The notes: generated from the letters alone by a model not told the origin. Shown: positions 1 through 8,399, numbered from the stretch's first letter. The stretch: 29,288 nucleotides of DNA from a virus (IMGVR_UViG_3300017909_001442:1-29288); one strand, 5' to 3'. Program-made: numbers and translations.

Positions 1-84
1 ATTAACAGCCCGATTTGCTAAAGTATTTCTACCCTGGTTTGTTCTTTGATTATTACTATAATTGATGTGTGATATATTTTCCAT
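1..84 (-). CDS. Hypothetical protein, 5' part only (runs off the left edge)
   Basis: ATG at 84-82 on the minus strand, open for 28 codons (MENISHINYSNNQRTNQGRNTLANRAVN). Preceded by AAGAAAAGGAACAGC, the same SD-containing leader as the 143..526 gene. Confidence 0.6.
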   Translation of the reverse strand, partial: MENISHINYSNNQRTNQGRNTLANRAVN

Positions 85-105
85 GATTCGCTGTTCCTTT
101 TCTTG

Positions 106-135
106 TGGTGGCCCTAGTTAATTCCAGGACCACCA
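106..135 (-). other. Intergenic 12-bp RNA hairpin
   Basis: Minus strand TGGTGGTCCTGG-AATTAA-CTAGGGCCACCA. The two non-Watson-Crick pairs are G-U only on the minus strand. No U-tract follows. Confidence 0.6.
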
Positions 136-142
136 TTGTTAG

Positions 143-526
143 TTATAAAATTACTTCTTGTAATTTGTTATTAAGTTCTTCAACAGCCGTATCAAACTGC
201 TGAAATTCAATTGGGAAAGTGTCACCTTGCCACAGATGTGGTAGGTCCTGGATTAAGTTTGATGCCTCGATTAACTTAGCTATCTTTTCATCTGTAAAAG
301 CCGAGCCATACGATGCATAAATTTTATCCCTGGCCTCTTCTACGTCTTTAGCTAATTGGCCATCAATAAATAAAGCCCACTTGCCATAGATTATTAGGTC
401 CTTACCTTCCAGTGCTAGTTCCTTATTAACTGCGCTGATTATATTCTCATTCACATAGGTATTTGTTTTGAAGCCATAATCAATGGCATCACCTAGGTCT
501 AAAATGAGTCTCTTTACTTCTACCAT
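143..526 (-). CDS. Hypothetical protein (127 aa), divergent from the late operon, probably early
   Basis: Clean ORF with SD-like AAAGGAA upstream. No family recognised. Confidence 0.75.
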   Translation of the reverse strand: MVEVKRLILDLGDAIDYGFKTNTYVNENIISAVNKELALEGKDLIIYGKWALFIDGQLAKDVEEARDKIYASYGSAFTDEKIAKLIEASNLIQDLPHLWQGDTFPIEFQQFDTAVEELNNKLQEVIL

Positions 527-636
527 GGTTGCTGTTCCTTTCTTTTGAACCCAAGTGCTGATATTGTTGAATTTACAGCGATGTATCCTCGAGGGTTACC
601 TTGGGTGTGAGTGTTAATTAAGTATATCATACCTAA

Positions 637-666
637 AGTGTAGCACTGCTACATATAATAATGCAA
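637..666 (-). promoter_or_regulatory. Leftward sigma70-type promoter with overlapping palindromic operator-like site
   Basis: Minus strand TTGCAT-N18-TACACT with extended -10 TG (TGcTACACT). A perfect palindrome TGTAGCA-C-TGCTACA at 639-653 overlaps it. A second extended -10 (TGaTATACT) lies at 629-621. Confidence 0.55.
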
Positions 667-698
667 GTAAAATAAATAAAAGTTTATTTAATACATAG

Positions 699-727
699 TT
701 TGATACTTTTACTCAGGTATATATAAT
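699..727 (+). promoter_or_regulatory. Rightward promoter upstream of terS, containing the TTTGATACTTTTAC motif
   Basis: TTGATA(700-705)-N16-TATAAT(722-727). The 14-mer at 699-712 recurs exactly at 6194-6207. Confidence 0.6.
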
Positions 728-758
728 CAAGCAATTAACAATGCAAAAACAATAGTAT

Positions 759-1208
759 ATGCCGTTTAAAAAAGGACAATCAGGTAATGTAGCTGGGAGG
801 CCTAAAACATCAGTTAAGGACCTGGTAAGATTACACCCACAGAGGAACGAATTAGTTCAAAAGCTATTTGATGTAGCTATGAATGACCAGGACAAAAGAC
901 AAGTCTCAGCGTGGCGCATCCTATTGCCAAAAATGGTCCCTGATTTAAAAGCAATGCAAATGGAAGTCGAGCAAAAGAATATTACTGGAGTGATTGTATT
1001 GCCTCAAAAGGTTCCTTTAGATGACCCCAAAGTAAGTACGATTGAGCAGAGTGAGAGCGAAACTTTTTTGCCTGGTGATGTTAGCCAGGATAGTGCTGAG
1101 TCCCAGGGCAGTAGTGGACAAAAAGTGGACAAATCTAATTCTACCGAGGAGAAAGACTCGCTAAGTCAGCAAGTCCTGGCCTCGAAAGCAAAAGTTGATG
1201 CTGATTAA
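759..1208 (+). CDS. terS: Terminase small subunit (putative)
   Basis: N-terminal FKKGQSGNVAGRPK (DUF5681-type motif common in TerS). First gene of the operon, upstream of terL. Low-complexity C-terminal tail. Confidence 0.75.
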   Translation: MPFKKGQSGNVAGRPKTSVKDLVRLHPQRNELVQKLFDVAMNDQDKRQVSAWRILLPKMVPDLKAMQMEVEQKNITGVIVLPQKVPLDDPKVSTIEQSESETFLPGDVSQDSAESQGSSGQKVDKSNSTEEKDSLSQQVLASKAKVDAD

Positions 1209-1356
1209 TATTGTTCGCAAACCTTTTTATTTTTTGCGAGGGGGGGCATCCGTCTCGTCGGGTCCCATACGGCCAGTATATCATTGTGACTCCTAGACAG
1301 AATATGAAAAAACTTTTTATAGTCGTAAAGACAACTAATAAAACCAAGGGAAGAAT

Positions 1357-1572
1357 ATGTTTGATGTATGTCCGAAGATAAATCGTAAATGCGCTTTCGC
1401 TACTAAATCAAATTATAACATTCATAGCGGTGTAGTCGATAAAGAAACATACACATACTGCGGATTGGCAAGTGGTTGTGATAGTCGTGCTGAATATCTA
1501 CCTAAATGCTGGAAGGATATGACGAAGTACGAACAAACCAAGTACAGAAAAAACACATACTGGGGGGTGTGA
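1357..1572 (+). CDS. Small Cys-rich hypothetical protein (71 aa)
   Basis: SD-like AAGGGA upstream, five Cys, TGATG overlap with the next gene. Confidence 0.7.
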   Translation: MFDVCPKINRKCAFATKSNYNIHSGVVDKETYTYCGLASGCDSRAEYLPKCWKDMTKYEQTKYRKNTYWGV

Positions 1573-1817
1573 TGACATTAACAAAGCAACAAGCAAATGC
1601 AATATATCAGTTCTATAAAGCAATGAACCATCAAAACAACTATGTAACAAACTTAGTTGCTATTGGACAAAATAGAGAGGCTGAATGTTTGGCTAGGGGT
1701 ATGGATAAAATTGCACATATAGCAAAAATAGATAATTATAAACCAATACCATTTGATTGGAAGTTAAAAGAACCAAAAAGCTTAGATTATCTTGCTGATT
1801 GGATATTTAATAAATAA
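1572..1817 (+). CDS. Hypothetical protein (81 aa, MTLTKQQANA...)
   Basis: Start moved from 1506 to the ATG at 1572 because of the TGATG coupling and upstream GGGGGG. TAATG coupling to terL. Confidence 0.7.
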   Translation: MTLTKQQANAIYQFYKAMNHQNNYVTNLVAIGQNREAECLARGMDKIAHIAKIDNYKPIPFDWKLKEPKSLDYLADWIFNK

Positions 1818-3178
1818 TGCAAATACATTGGGAACCGCACCCAAAACAAGCGTTTGCATTATCCAGGCAAGAATTTGAAATAGCCTTTGGTGGTAGTCGT
1901 GGTGGAGGTAAATCCAGCTGTCTAATGGCATGGATGGTAGACCCTGAATACCTTAATAATCCACTTTATAGAGGCCTTATTATCCGTAGAAACTACGATG
2001 ACTTACGAGATTATATAGATAGGGCTACACAGATGTATAAACACCTGGATGTTGAAGTGGTTGGTAACCCAGCAGAATTTAGATTTCCCACTGGCGCAGT
2101 CATAAGAACTGGCCACTTAATGGATAAACAAGCCTATCAAAAATATCAGGGTCACGAATACCATAAAATGGGTATTGAGGAAGCTACATTGATTGCAGAT
2201 GAAGAAGATTATTTAAAGCTCATTTCTAGTTGCCGTAGTACGATAGGTCTAGCACCACAAATATTTTTAACATGTAATCCTGGTGGACCTGGGCATAATT
2301 GGTTTAAGGAAAGATTTGTAGCAAATGAGCGAGAAAAAACCCATTACGACCCAGTAACTGGTAGGACCAGGATATTCATACCAAGTAAGATACATGACAA
2401 TCCTACTCTTATGCGAGAGGACCCAGGATATATGGAAATGTTGAAAGGTTTGCCTGAAGAACTAAGAAGGGCCTGGCTAGATGGGGACTGGGATGTTTAC
2501 TACGGCCAATATTTTAGTCAGTGGCGATACGATGTGCATGTGGTAGAACCTTTTAAAATACCTAGTACCTGGTATAAATATCGTGGAATTGACTATGGAT
2601 ACAAGGCACCATTTGCAACCGCCTTTCTTGCTGTTAGTCCTAAAGGTGATGTTTACCTATATAGAGAGTATTATGTGGCAGAAATGGAGTTATCAGGCCA
2701 TATAGAAGCATTAACTGGTATGAGCCAAGGTGAAGAGTTTAGAGCCACATTAGGGGACCCTAGTATGTGGATACGAAATCCTATAAATACTAATCGCTCT
2801 GATGCAGTCGCTGGGTCCCATATGGCAATAGCAGATTTGTTACGAAAAGGTGGAATAAATGCAATAAAAGCTAATAATAACCGCTTGAGTGGTTGGAACC
2901 TCTTACGAGAGTATTTAAAATGGGATGAAGAAACACCGCCTAAGTTCTTTGTATTTAAGACTTGTCGCAAATTCATAGATACAATACCGATGCTGGTACA
3001 CGACCTTAGACGGCCTGAAGATTTAGATACGAAGGGTCCTGACCATCTTTTGGATGCAACTAGGTATGCCATGATGGCCATAGGAAAACCTGAAGAAGAA
3101 GAAGCTAAACCATGGATACAAAAGCTGATGCAAAAGTTCGAAGCAAACAAAACAGACGTTCCAGGACTAAGAGGATAA
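1817..3178 (+). CDS. terL: Terminase large subunit
   Basis: Walker A GGSRGGGKS, Walker B MGIEEA, motif III TCNPGG, RNase H-like nuclease GIDYG...DPS...DHLLDATRY. Confidence 0.97.
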   Translation: MQIHWEPHPKQAFALSRQEFEIAFGGSRGGGKSSCLMAWMVDPEYLNNPLYRGLIIRRNYDDLRDYIDRATQMYKHLDVEVVGNPAEFRFPTGAVIRTGHLMDKQAYQKYQGHEYHKMGIEEATLIADEEDYLKLISSCRSTIGLAPQIFLTCNPGGPGHNWFKERFVANEREKTHYDPVTGRTRIFIPSKIHDNPTLMREDPGYMEMLKGLPEELRRAWLDGDWDVYYGQYFSQWRYDVHVVEPFKIPSTWYKYRGIDYGYKAPFATAFLAVSPKGDVYLYREYYVAEMELSGHIEALTGMSQGEEFRATLGDPSMWIRNPINTNRSDAVAGSHMAIADLLRKGGINAIKANNNRLSGWNLLREYLKWDEETPPKFFVFKTCRKFIDTIPMLVHDLRRPEDLDTKGPDHLLDATRYAMMAIGKPEEEEAKPWIQKLMQKFEANKTDVPGLRG

Positions 3179-3342
3179 TTGAAAGGTATGATTTCGAAAA
3201 TGGCACCTGGTATAGAGTTGAAATGGAGGATGATGATGAACTGGTCGAAATGTCTTCTGAAATACGAAATGCATATATTGATATTATTGCCAGTATCAGT
3301 GATATGATGGTTTTAGGATATAATTATAACGAAAGTAACTAA
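3112..3342 (+). CDS. Small acidic hypothetical protein (start uncertain, ATG 3112 or 3223)
   Basis: Fills the terL-portal gap. Its stop abuts the portal ATG. Confidence 0.5.
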   Translation: MDTKADAKVRSKQNRRSRTKRIIERYDFENGTWYRVEMEDDDELVEMSSEIRNAYIDIIASISDMMVLGYNYNESN

Positions 3343-5133
3343 ATGTCAGAAGAATACAAACCCAGCCACGAAGAAAAAGAATTAATTAAAAAGATACATG
3401 CCATGATGGATTCTGCTAGGAAAGCTAGGAGAAAGACCAGTGAGCTGTGGCGAGAATCAGAAAAATTATACATGGGTAATCACTGGGAAGGTTTATCCAT
3501 GCCTGAATATAAGAACCAGTTAACCCTAGACATGATAGCCAATGTAATTGATACCCAAATACCAATTATGTCATCTCAGCCTCCAAAGATAGATGTAATA
3601 CCAGTGGGTGCTACTGAGGAGTCTAAATTTGTTGCTAAAACACTTCAAGCTCAGTTAGATGATTTGTGGTACATGCGAGACATGGCAACATTAGTTCCTG
3701 AATGGCTTACTGACTATCTTGTCTATGGGACTGGTATTGTAAAACTAAACTGGAATATGCATGATGATTTACCTGATTGTGATATGGTGGACCCATTTAG
3801 TTTTTATGTGAATCCTAGTGCTACAAAATTAGAAAATGCACAATGGATTATTCATATGGCACCTAGGCCATTATATGAAATAAAAGAATTATTTCCCGAA
3901 AAAGGACATCTTGTTAAATCAATGGGTAAGATGTCAGAATACGAAGCATTAAAAATCACCGAAGTAAATCAAGGTGGTAAATCACTTATCCAGGTAACTG
4001 ATTCTCATGGGACAGAGACTAATTACTTTGAAGGTGAAACTGAGGCTATGCAAAACTTGGAAGAACGGGCCTTACTGGTTGAAGTGTATATGCGAGACGG
4101 AAGTGTCGAATATACCCAAGAAGATTCTGATAAACAGAAGGTTGGCAAACCAAAGTATCCAGGTGGGTTACGAAAGATTTGCATGGCAAACGACATCATA
4201 CTATACGATGGGCCTAGTCGGTATCAGTTCCTGGATAAAATGAATAGATGTCCTTATCCATTCCCTTATGTTGTAATGAAAAATGGTGGTTCTGCACATT
4301 CGTTTTGGGGTAAGCCCGAACCGAAGAGATTAAAAAGTATTAATCTAGCACTAGACCGCATTGCATCTCAGGTAATGGACAATGTCCATCTTATTGCTAA
4401 CCCAATGTTTGTTGTGGATGAAACAGCAGATGTACAAGACCAAATCAATAATAAACCTGGTTCTGTGATTCGTAAGCGAGGTCCTGGGCAAGTAAGTATG
4501 TTGCAACCAGCATCAATACCAGGATACGTTTTTAACTTTTACCAACTATTGGTAGATATGTTTGAAACTGTTTCAGGTGTGAACAAGGCTACGATGGGTA
4601 AGCAAGAACCTAATGTAACTAGCGGAGTACAAGCACAAGTATACAGAACGGCTTCTACAACTAAGATTGATTTTAAATCCAGGCAATTGGATAGTGCTAT
4701 GCAAGTATTAGGCAGTATGTGGATTGCAATGATTAAGCATATGGGAACTGAAAATCATTCTTTATCTATGAAAGATTCTGAAGGAAATGAAGCAGAAGTA
4801 GTATACCAGGGAATGGAGTTTGCAGACATTGACCAAATGGTCAGGGCTAGAGTAGGTAGTATGTTACCTGACAATAGAACCTATGTAGAAGAAAAGATAT
4901 TATCATTAGCACAAGCTGGACTGATTCAGGACCCTGAATATATTTTGGAGAATATGCAATTACCTGGCATTGAAAGATTAATAAATGAAATGCGAGAGAA
5001 AAAGCAACAACAGCAACCTGACCCTTCTATGTTTGAAGGTATGTCAGAGGATGAAATATTTCAACAATTACAAGCTAATCCACAATTAGCACAGCAAATG
5101 GGAGCGATGGGCAATGAGCCAAGCATGGACTAG
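3343..5133 (+). CDS. Portal protein (P22/podovirus-like)
   Basis: 596 aa after terL. Portal-type segments LYMGNHW, DYLVYGTGIVK, VDPFSFYVNPSA, SFWG, ETVSGVNKATMG...SGV. Gln-rich tail. Confidence 0.92.
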   Translation: MSEEYKPSHEEKELIKKIHAMMDSARKARRKTSELWRESEKLYMGNHWEGLSMPEYKNQLTLDMIANVIDTQIPIMSSQPPKIDVIPVGATEESKFVAKTLQAQLDDLWYMRDMATLVPEWLTDYLVYGTGIVKLNWNMHDDLPDCDMVDPFSFYVNPSATKLENAQWIIHMAPRPLYEIKELFPEKGHLVKSMGKMSEYEALKITEVNQGGKSLIQVTDSHGTETNYFEGETEAMQNLEERALLVEVYMRDGSVEYTQEDSDKQKVGKPKYPGGLRKICMANDIILYDGPSRYQFLDKMNRCPYPFPYVVMKNGGSAHSFWGKPEPKRLKSINLALDRIASQVMDNVHLIANPMFVVDETADVQDQINNKPGSVIRKRGPGQVSMLQPASIPGYVFNFYQLLVDMFETVSGVNKATMGKQEPNVTSGVQAQVYRTASTTKIDFKSRQLDSAMQVLGSMWIAMIKHMGTENHSLSMKDSEGNEAEVVYQGMEFADIDQMVRARVGSMLPDNRTYVEEKILSLAQAGLIQDPEYILENMQLPGIERLINEMREKKQQQQPDPSMFEGMSEDEIFQQLQANPQLAQQMGAMGNEPSMD

Positions 5134-5383
5134 AAAAGAAGGTCAGTCTAAAAGTGGTGGCCTAAATGCTAAAGGTCGTGCCAGTTATAATCGTGCCACT
5201 GGGGGTAACCTAAAAGCACCAGTAACAAAGAAAAATCCCAAAGGTAAAGCTAAGTCTAGACGTAAAAGTTTTTGTGCAAGAATGTGCGGAATGAAAAAGA
5301 GGCTAACATCAGCTAAAACAGCTAGGGACCCAAATAGCAGAATAAATAAAGCGTTAAGAAAATGGAGGTGTAAGTGTGGCTAA
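5114..5383 (+). CDS. Small basic protein, DUF6321-like
   Basis: WTRKEG..GGLNAKGRASY...RRKSFCARM...DPNSRINKALRKWRC matches a conserved aquatic-phage family as I recall it. Confidence 0.8.
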   Translation: MSQAWTRKEGQSKSGGLNAKGRASYNRATGGNLKAPVTKKNPKGKAKSRRKSFCARMCGMKKRLTSAKTARDPNSRINKALRKWRCKCG

Positions 5384-5564
5384 AAGACCAGGTTTATGGG
5401 CAAACATACATGCAAAAAGAAAAAGAATAAAAGCTGGTAGTGGCGAGAGGATGAGAAAACCAGGTGAAGAAGGTGCGCCAACTGCTGAAGCATTAAAAAA
5501 ATCACAATCGAAAAAAAAAGCATATAAGACGGCATTAAAAAAGAAGAAGAGGAAAGATGCATAA
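5376..5564 (+). CDS. Small basic protein (62 aa)
   Basis: GTG start with GGAGG at 5364-5368. GLWANIHAKRKRIKAGSGERMRKPG..GAPT is a motif I recall from aquatic phages. Confidence 0.8.
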   Translation: MAKRPGLWANIHAKRKRIKAGSGERMRKPGEEGAPTAEALKKSQSKKKAYKTALKKKKRKDA

Positions 5565-5706
5565 CAAAGAGAAGTATATGGACATGCTTAAAAAGCATAG
5601 GAAACACCATACTTCTAAGCATATGAAAGTGATGAAAGCATTAATTAATCGTGGTATGTCATTTGACAAGGCACATAAAACTGCAATGAAGCAAGTGGGG
5701 AAGTAA
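5557..5706 (+). CDS. Small Lys/His/Met-rich basic protein (49 aa, not in ORF track)
   Basis: MHNKEKYMDMLKKHRKHHTSKHMKVMKALINRGMSFDKAHKTAMKQVGK. GAGGA upstream, TAATG coupling to 5706, fills the gap exactly. Confidence 0.75.
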   Translation: MHNKEKYMDMLKKHRKHHTSKHMKVMKALINRGMSFDKAHKTAMKQVGK

Positions 5707-6107
5707 TGAGTAAGAAGAAAAGCTATCTAAAAAAATTAAAAGAAAAGCGTAAAAAGAAAACCGATGCTAGTTACAATATGGTTGGCAGTAGTGAAGTTAT
5801 GTCTAGTAAGCGTAAAGGTAAAGTAATTGATGTCAGCAGAAATGTTGTTACTAAAAAAGATGGTTCAAAAGGTGCGACAAAGCAAGTCAATGTTAAAAAT
5901 CCAATTACTGGAAAAACTGTATATATGAAAGCTACGTCTTACTCCACATCTGAAAAGGATGAAAAAGGTAAGAAAAAAGTATTACGAGTTAAAAAAGGTA
6001 AAGGCGCAAAGCAAGATGAAAAAAAGATTAAAAAAGCTAAAGCAAAAAGAAGAATTAAAAAGATAGAGAAGAAAGTTCGTAAATCACTTGCAAGGAAATA
6101 CAATTAA
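5706..6107 (+). CDS. Lysine-rich protein (133 aa)
   Basis: About 40 Lys and 8 Arg. TAATG-coupled at both ends. Confidence 0.8.
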   Translation: MSKKKSYLKKLKEKRKKKTDASYNMVGSSEVMSSKRKGKVIDVSRNVVTKKDGSKGATKQVNVKNPITGKTVYMKATSYSTSEKDEKGKKKVLRVKKGKGAKQDEKKIKKAKAKRRIKKIEKKVRKSLARKYN

Positions 6108-6190
6108 TGAAATACGGCAAAGCTAAAAAAGCCAAAAAGAAGTCTAAGAAAAAAGCAAAAGCAAAAGTAGTAAAGAAATCTAAGTATTAG
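6107..6190 (+). CDS. Protamine/H1-tail-like peptide (27 aa, not in ORF track)
   Basis: MKYGKAKKAKKKSKKKAKAKVVKKSKY (15 Lys). AAGGA at 6092-6096, TAATG overlap with the upstream stop. Confidence 0.65.
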   Translation: MKYGKAKKAKKKSKKKAKAKVVKKSKY

Positions 6191-6193
6191 GGT

Positions 6194-6222
6194 TTTGATA
6201 CTTTTACAAACAAAGTAAAAAT
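6194..6222 (+). promoter_or_regulatory. Second copy of the TTTGATACTTTTAC motif, upstream of scaffold/capsid genes
   Basis: 14/14 identity to 699-712, intergenic. Confidence 0.6.
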
Positions 6223-6246
6223 TTAAATCAATAAATAGGAGAATCT

Positions 6247-7137
6247 ATGTCAGAAGAATATAAGACTAGCTACTCAGGTGTTACGTTAAGTAACGATGAA
6301 ATGGCTAGTTTAGTTACTGATGAGTCACCTATTGAGCAAGGGGAAGCGGTACAACCCCCAACTGAAGATGTCAATGTGGACCAATCTAATCAGTTAGAAG
6401 AAGTATCAAATGAAGGTCAGGAAGAAGATGACCGCATGGAAATCGAGAGTTTGGAATTAGATGGTAATGAGTATGATATGGAAACGATTAGCCAAGCACT
6501 TGAAGCATATAATAATAAAAGCGATTGGCAAAAGTCGAATACAGAAAAAGCGCAAGAAATAAGTGCTGAAAGAAAAGCTTTCGAAGCTGAATCTAAGGTA
6601 TGGAAAGACTTGCAAAATGATGAGAATGCTATTGAAGCCCTTCGTGAAGTATTAGATGCTGACCATCCCATCTTTAATCCTGGCAAAGCGGAAGAGTTAC
6701 AAACTCAGGACACAACGGAACCCGATAGGGTCCAGGAGTTGGAAGATAAGTTAAACGAGTTACAAAAAGAGCGACAAGAGGAACTTGAAGTCATGGAAGC
6801 CGACAAACAAGTTACTCAGGACCTTTCTGAACTCAGGCAAAAACATCCCGAACTAGAAGACCAAAATTTAATGGATGAAGTTATTACTACAGCCATTGAA
6901 AAAGGCTTTACTGGTATTGATGGTTTAGAGGATGCATTTGTTTTAGCCTATCATTCATCAGCTGAAGATAGTGCTTTTAAGACCGCAGTAAATAGAGCTA
7001 GAAATGCAAAAGCTATGAAAAGCATACCTGAACCTGAAGGTGCAGTAAAAGGAATCCATGAGGAGCCAGTTACTAAACCCAAAGACTACAGAGATGCCAG
7101 GGCCGATGCATTAAAGAACTATAATTTTTTTGAATAA
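6247..7137 (+). CDS. Capsid scaffolding protein (putative)
   Basis: Very acidic and coiled-coil, DWQKSNTEKAQEISAERK segment, directly upstream of the major capsid gene. SD TAGGAGA. Confidence 0.8.
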   Translation: MSEEYKTSYSGVTLSNDEMASLVTDESPIEQGEAVQPPTEDVNVDQSNQLEEVSNEGQEEDDRMEIESLELDGNEYDMETISQALEAYNNKSDWQKSNTEKAQEISAERKAFEAESKVWKDLQNDENAIEALREVLDADHPIFNPGKAEELQTQDTTEPDRVQELEDKLNELQKERQEELEVMEADKQVTQDLSELRQKHPELEDQNLMDEVITTAIEKGFTGIDGLEDAFVLAYHSSAEDSAFKTAVNRARNAKAMKSIPEPEGAVKGIHEEPVTKPKDYRDARADALKNYNFFE

Positions 7138-7158
7138 TAAATTAAAGGAAAATAGAAT

Positions 7159-8130
7159 ATGTCACTTTCTATAGATAGTTTAACAGCTGTCACTCGTGAT
7201 AAATTCATTCCAGTTCTTGTTGATAACATCTTTAATTCAAATATTTTGACATTTAAGATGTTGCAAAACTCTGAACCAACAGCCAGTGGTAACAAAGTAC
7301 TTCAGCCTATTGAATATGCTAAGTCAGGTGCCAAGGGTTTCTACAATGGTTATGATGTATTAGATACAACTCCACAAGAGTTATTTACTGATGCTTCTTA
7401 CGATTGGGTTCAGTGTCATGCTTCTATTACTTACTCAGGTAGGGAAGAAGCGTTGAACTCAGGTAGTGAACGAGTGGTAGACCTTATTTCTGCAAAGGTT
7501 AAAAATGCAGAAAAATCACTAAAAGACCTTTTCGGTGACCAGTTATATGGTACTGAAAGTGGTAGCGGAAGCGGATTCCTAGGATTACAGCACATCATTG
7601 CACAAGACAGAAGTTTAGGTGGTATTGATAGTACTACTTACACTTGGTGGGATGCTAATGTTAATGCTATATCAGGCTCACCATCATATCAAAATGTTGT
7701 TGATTCTAGTAATGCAAATTACATACAATCTGTAATTCGTGAGATGTATGGTCAATGTACTGTTGATAATGATGCTCCTGATGTAATTGTAACTACTCAA
7801 GTAATTTTTGATGCTTATGAGGAATCTCTTACTGCTCAAAAAAGATTTGGTGCTAGTTCACAATCTTTAGCAGATGCTGGTTTTACCAACTTGCTATACA
7901 GAGGAACACCAATTGTCGTTGATGACCATTGTCCTAATGGAATGATGTTTTTCTTGAATACAAAGTATCTCAAGTTTAGACATCACCCTTCTCGTAATTT
8001 TGCCTTCCAAGGCTTTAACAAACCAGTAAACCAGGATGCTTCTGTAGCACACATTTACTGGCTTGGTGCTTTGACTGCAAGTAACCCTAGAATGCTTGGT
8101 AAGGTTACTGGCCTTCCATCAGCATATTAA
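7159..8130 (+). CDS. Major capsid protein (HK97 fold, podovirus type)
   Basis: 323 aa with LVDNIF, GYDVLD, ASITYSGREEALNSG, GFTNLLYRGTPIVVD, MFFLNTKYL. SD AAGGA. Follows the scaffold. Confidence 0.93.
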   Translation: MSLSIDSLTAVTRDKFIPVLVDNIFNSNILTFKMLQNSEPTASGNKVLQPIEYAKSGAKGFYNGYDVLDTTPQELFTDASYDWVQCHASITYSGREEALNSGSERVVDLISAKVKNAEKSLKDLFGDQLYGTESGSGSGFLGLQHIIAQDRSLGGIDSTTYTWWDANVNAISGSPSYQNVVDSSNANYIQSVIREMYGQCTVDNDAPDVIVTTQVIFDAYEESLTAQKRFGASSQSLADAGFTNLLYRGTPIVVDDHCPNGMMFFLNTKYLKFRHHPSRNFAFQGFNKPVNQDASVAHIYWLGALTASNPRMLGKVTGLPSAY

Positions 8131-8141
8131 GGAGGTTAATT

Positions 8142-8399
8142 ATGGCAATTTCACAAGCTAGTTCCGATAAAAGAAGTGTTGGAGCAATTCAACAAGATAG
8201 AGGCGGTATTTCAGTATTCTCAATTGGCGGAGTAGACTTCGCTAGTGGTACTGGCGCACCAGGTACTGGTGCTTCAGGAGATATGAAAGCTAGTCCAAAA
8301 GGTTCAATTTATGTTGAGCTTAGTGGACCTGACCTTTATATGAAAACTTCTGCAAGTGGCGCATCTGTTACTTGGGAAAAAGTAGGAACACAATCATAA
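8142..8399 (+). CDS. Putative capsid decoration / minor head protein
   Basis: Strong SD AAGGAGGT right after the capsid gene and before the hairpin. GTGAP...KGSIYV...LYMK...W pattern typical of small virion beta-domains. Confidence 0.6.
   Translation: MAISQASSDKRSVGAIQQDRGGISVFSIGGVDFASGTGAPGTGASGDMKASPKGSIYVELSGPDLYMKTSASGASVTWEKVGTQS

Noticed and set aside
549-606. Hammerhead ribozyme reading of the three-stem element
   Set aside because: Lacks the CUGANGA and GAAA core on either strand.
1506-1571. Upstream extension of the ORF ending at 1817
   Set aside because: Overlaps the 71-aa gene by 67 nt. The ATG at 1572 with TGATG coupling is the better start.
4007-4243. Alternate-frame ORF inside portal (likewise 24176..24364 in the fibre)
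   Set aside because: Short, no convincing SD, no recognisable motif.
1817-8130. Intein or intron in terL, portal or capsid
   Set aside because: Uninterrupted ORFs of normal length without splicing or homing-endonuclease motifs.
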